Positions 63,752-64,000 of a DNA stretch of 64,000 bases are shown piece after piece. Made by a program: the position numbers and the translations under genes. Within the stretch, counting starts at the first letter, position 1. Every line of letters begins with the position of its first letter. The stretch is from Bigelowiella natans CCMP2755 (lineage: Eukaryota; Protista; Cercozoa), in contig ADNK01001887.1 of NCBI GenBank assembly GCA_000320545.1, positions 28,348 to 92,347 of the forward strand. Direction: 5' to 3'. The notes under the pieces were generated by a model, which had not been told where the DNA came from, made no database searches, and worked only from the letters and a program-made list of their open reading frames with translations.

Positions 63752-63797
<46 letters not shown>

Positions 63798-63959
63798 CTT
63801 CTTCCTACTCGATTAATCTCACCGAATTGATGCCCACAGTAACAGTGAGCCGCCGGTCGAGCCCCAGGTAGGATCTTGTTCCCGCAGAAATATTCGGGAA
63901 AATCAGCCCTTTTCACTTCCCCTGCATCTAAATATGCAGGCGAATCAGCCAGAAAAGCA

Positions 63960-64000
<41 letters not shown>
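58272..64000 (-). CDS. SELENOO: Selenoprotein O (protein adenylyltransferase / AMPylase), Sec-containing; 5' end lies beyond the window
   Basis: Exons: [10 protein letters not shown] (63825-63855), [15 protein letters not shown] (63510-63560), [22 protein letters not shown]|[19 protein letters not shown]|[17 protein letters not shown]|[15 protein letters not shown]|[33 protein letters not shown]. The last two exons give ...KYRKRAPKE|ATKIRVT-TGA-SS-TAG (TGA 58281-58283, TAG 58272-58274). Confidence 0.95.

Noticed and set aside
130-64000. Hundreds of 60-200 aa ORFs rich in CVCVCV, SLSLSL, IYIYIY, poly-M/I/V/L
   Set aside because: They are translations of stop-free microsatellites in introns or shadow frames, with no domain content.

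Overview
Eukaryotic nuclear DNA, intron-rich and dense in microsatellites, with 11 protein-coding genes. The ORF track mostly shows fragments, so I rebuilt gene models by hand from GT-AG junctions. In order: secreted Cys/Tyr-tail hypothetical protein (-), plastid fibrillin/PAP (+), membrane-anchored GH81 beta-1,3-glucanase (-), Piezo channel (+, ~16 kb), PX-domain protein (-), coiled-coil hypothetical protein (-), ABCB half-transporter (+), PiT/PHO4 phosphate transporter (-), plastid ATP synthase gamma (+), putative glycosyltransferase-like type II membrane protein (-), and the 3' part of selenoprotein O (-). Bipartite leaders on the two plastid proteins, plus a green-type redox insert in ATP synthase gamma, point to an alga with a secondary green plastid, most likely a chlorarachniophyte (inference). 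Highlights: (1) SELENOO ends in an in-frame UGA (RVT-U-SS*) followed by a well-formed type II SECIS with a non-canonical UUGA core. (2) A C2-like domain is inserted in the cytoplasmic loop of Piezo. (3) Two intergenic patches have lost TpA except mostly in CTAG, and they lie exactly where strand alternation of genes breaks. (4) The GH81 carries vacuolar sorting motifs and an 8-Cys C-terminal module. No rRNA, tRNA, CRISPR array or recognisable transposase was found. All splicing and counts are manual, and no database search was run.
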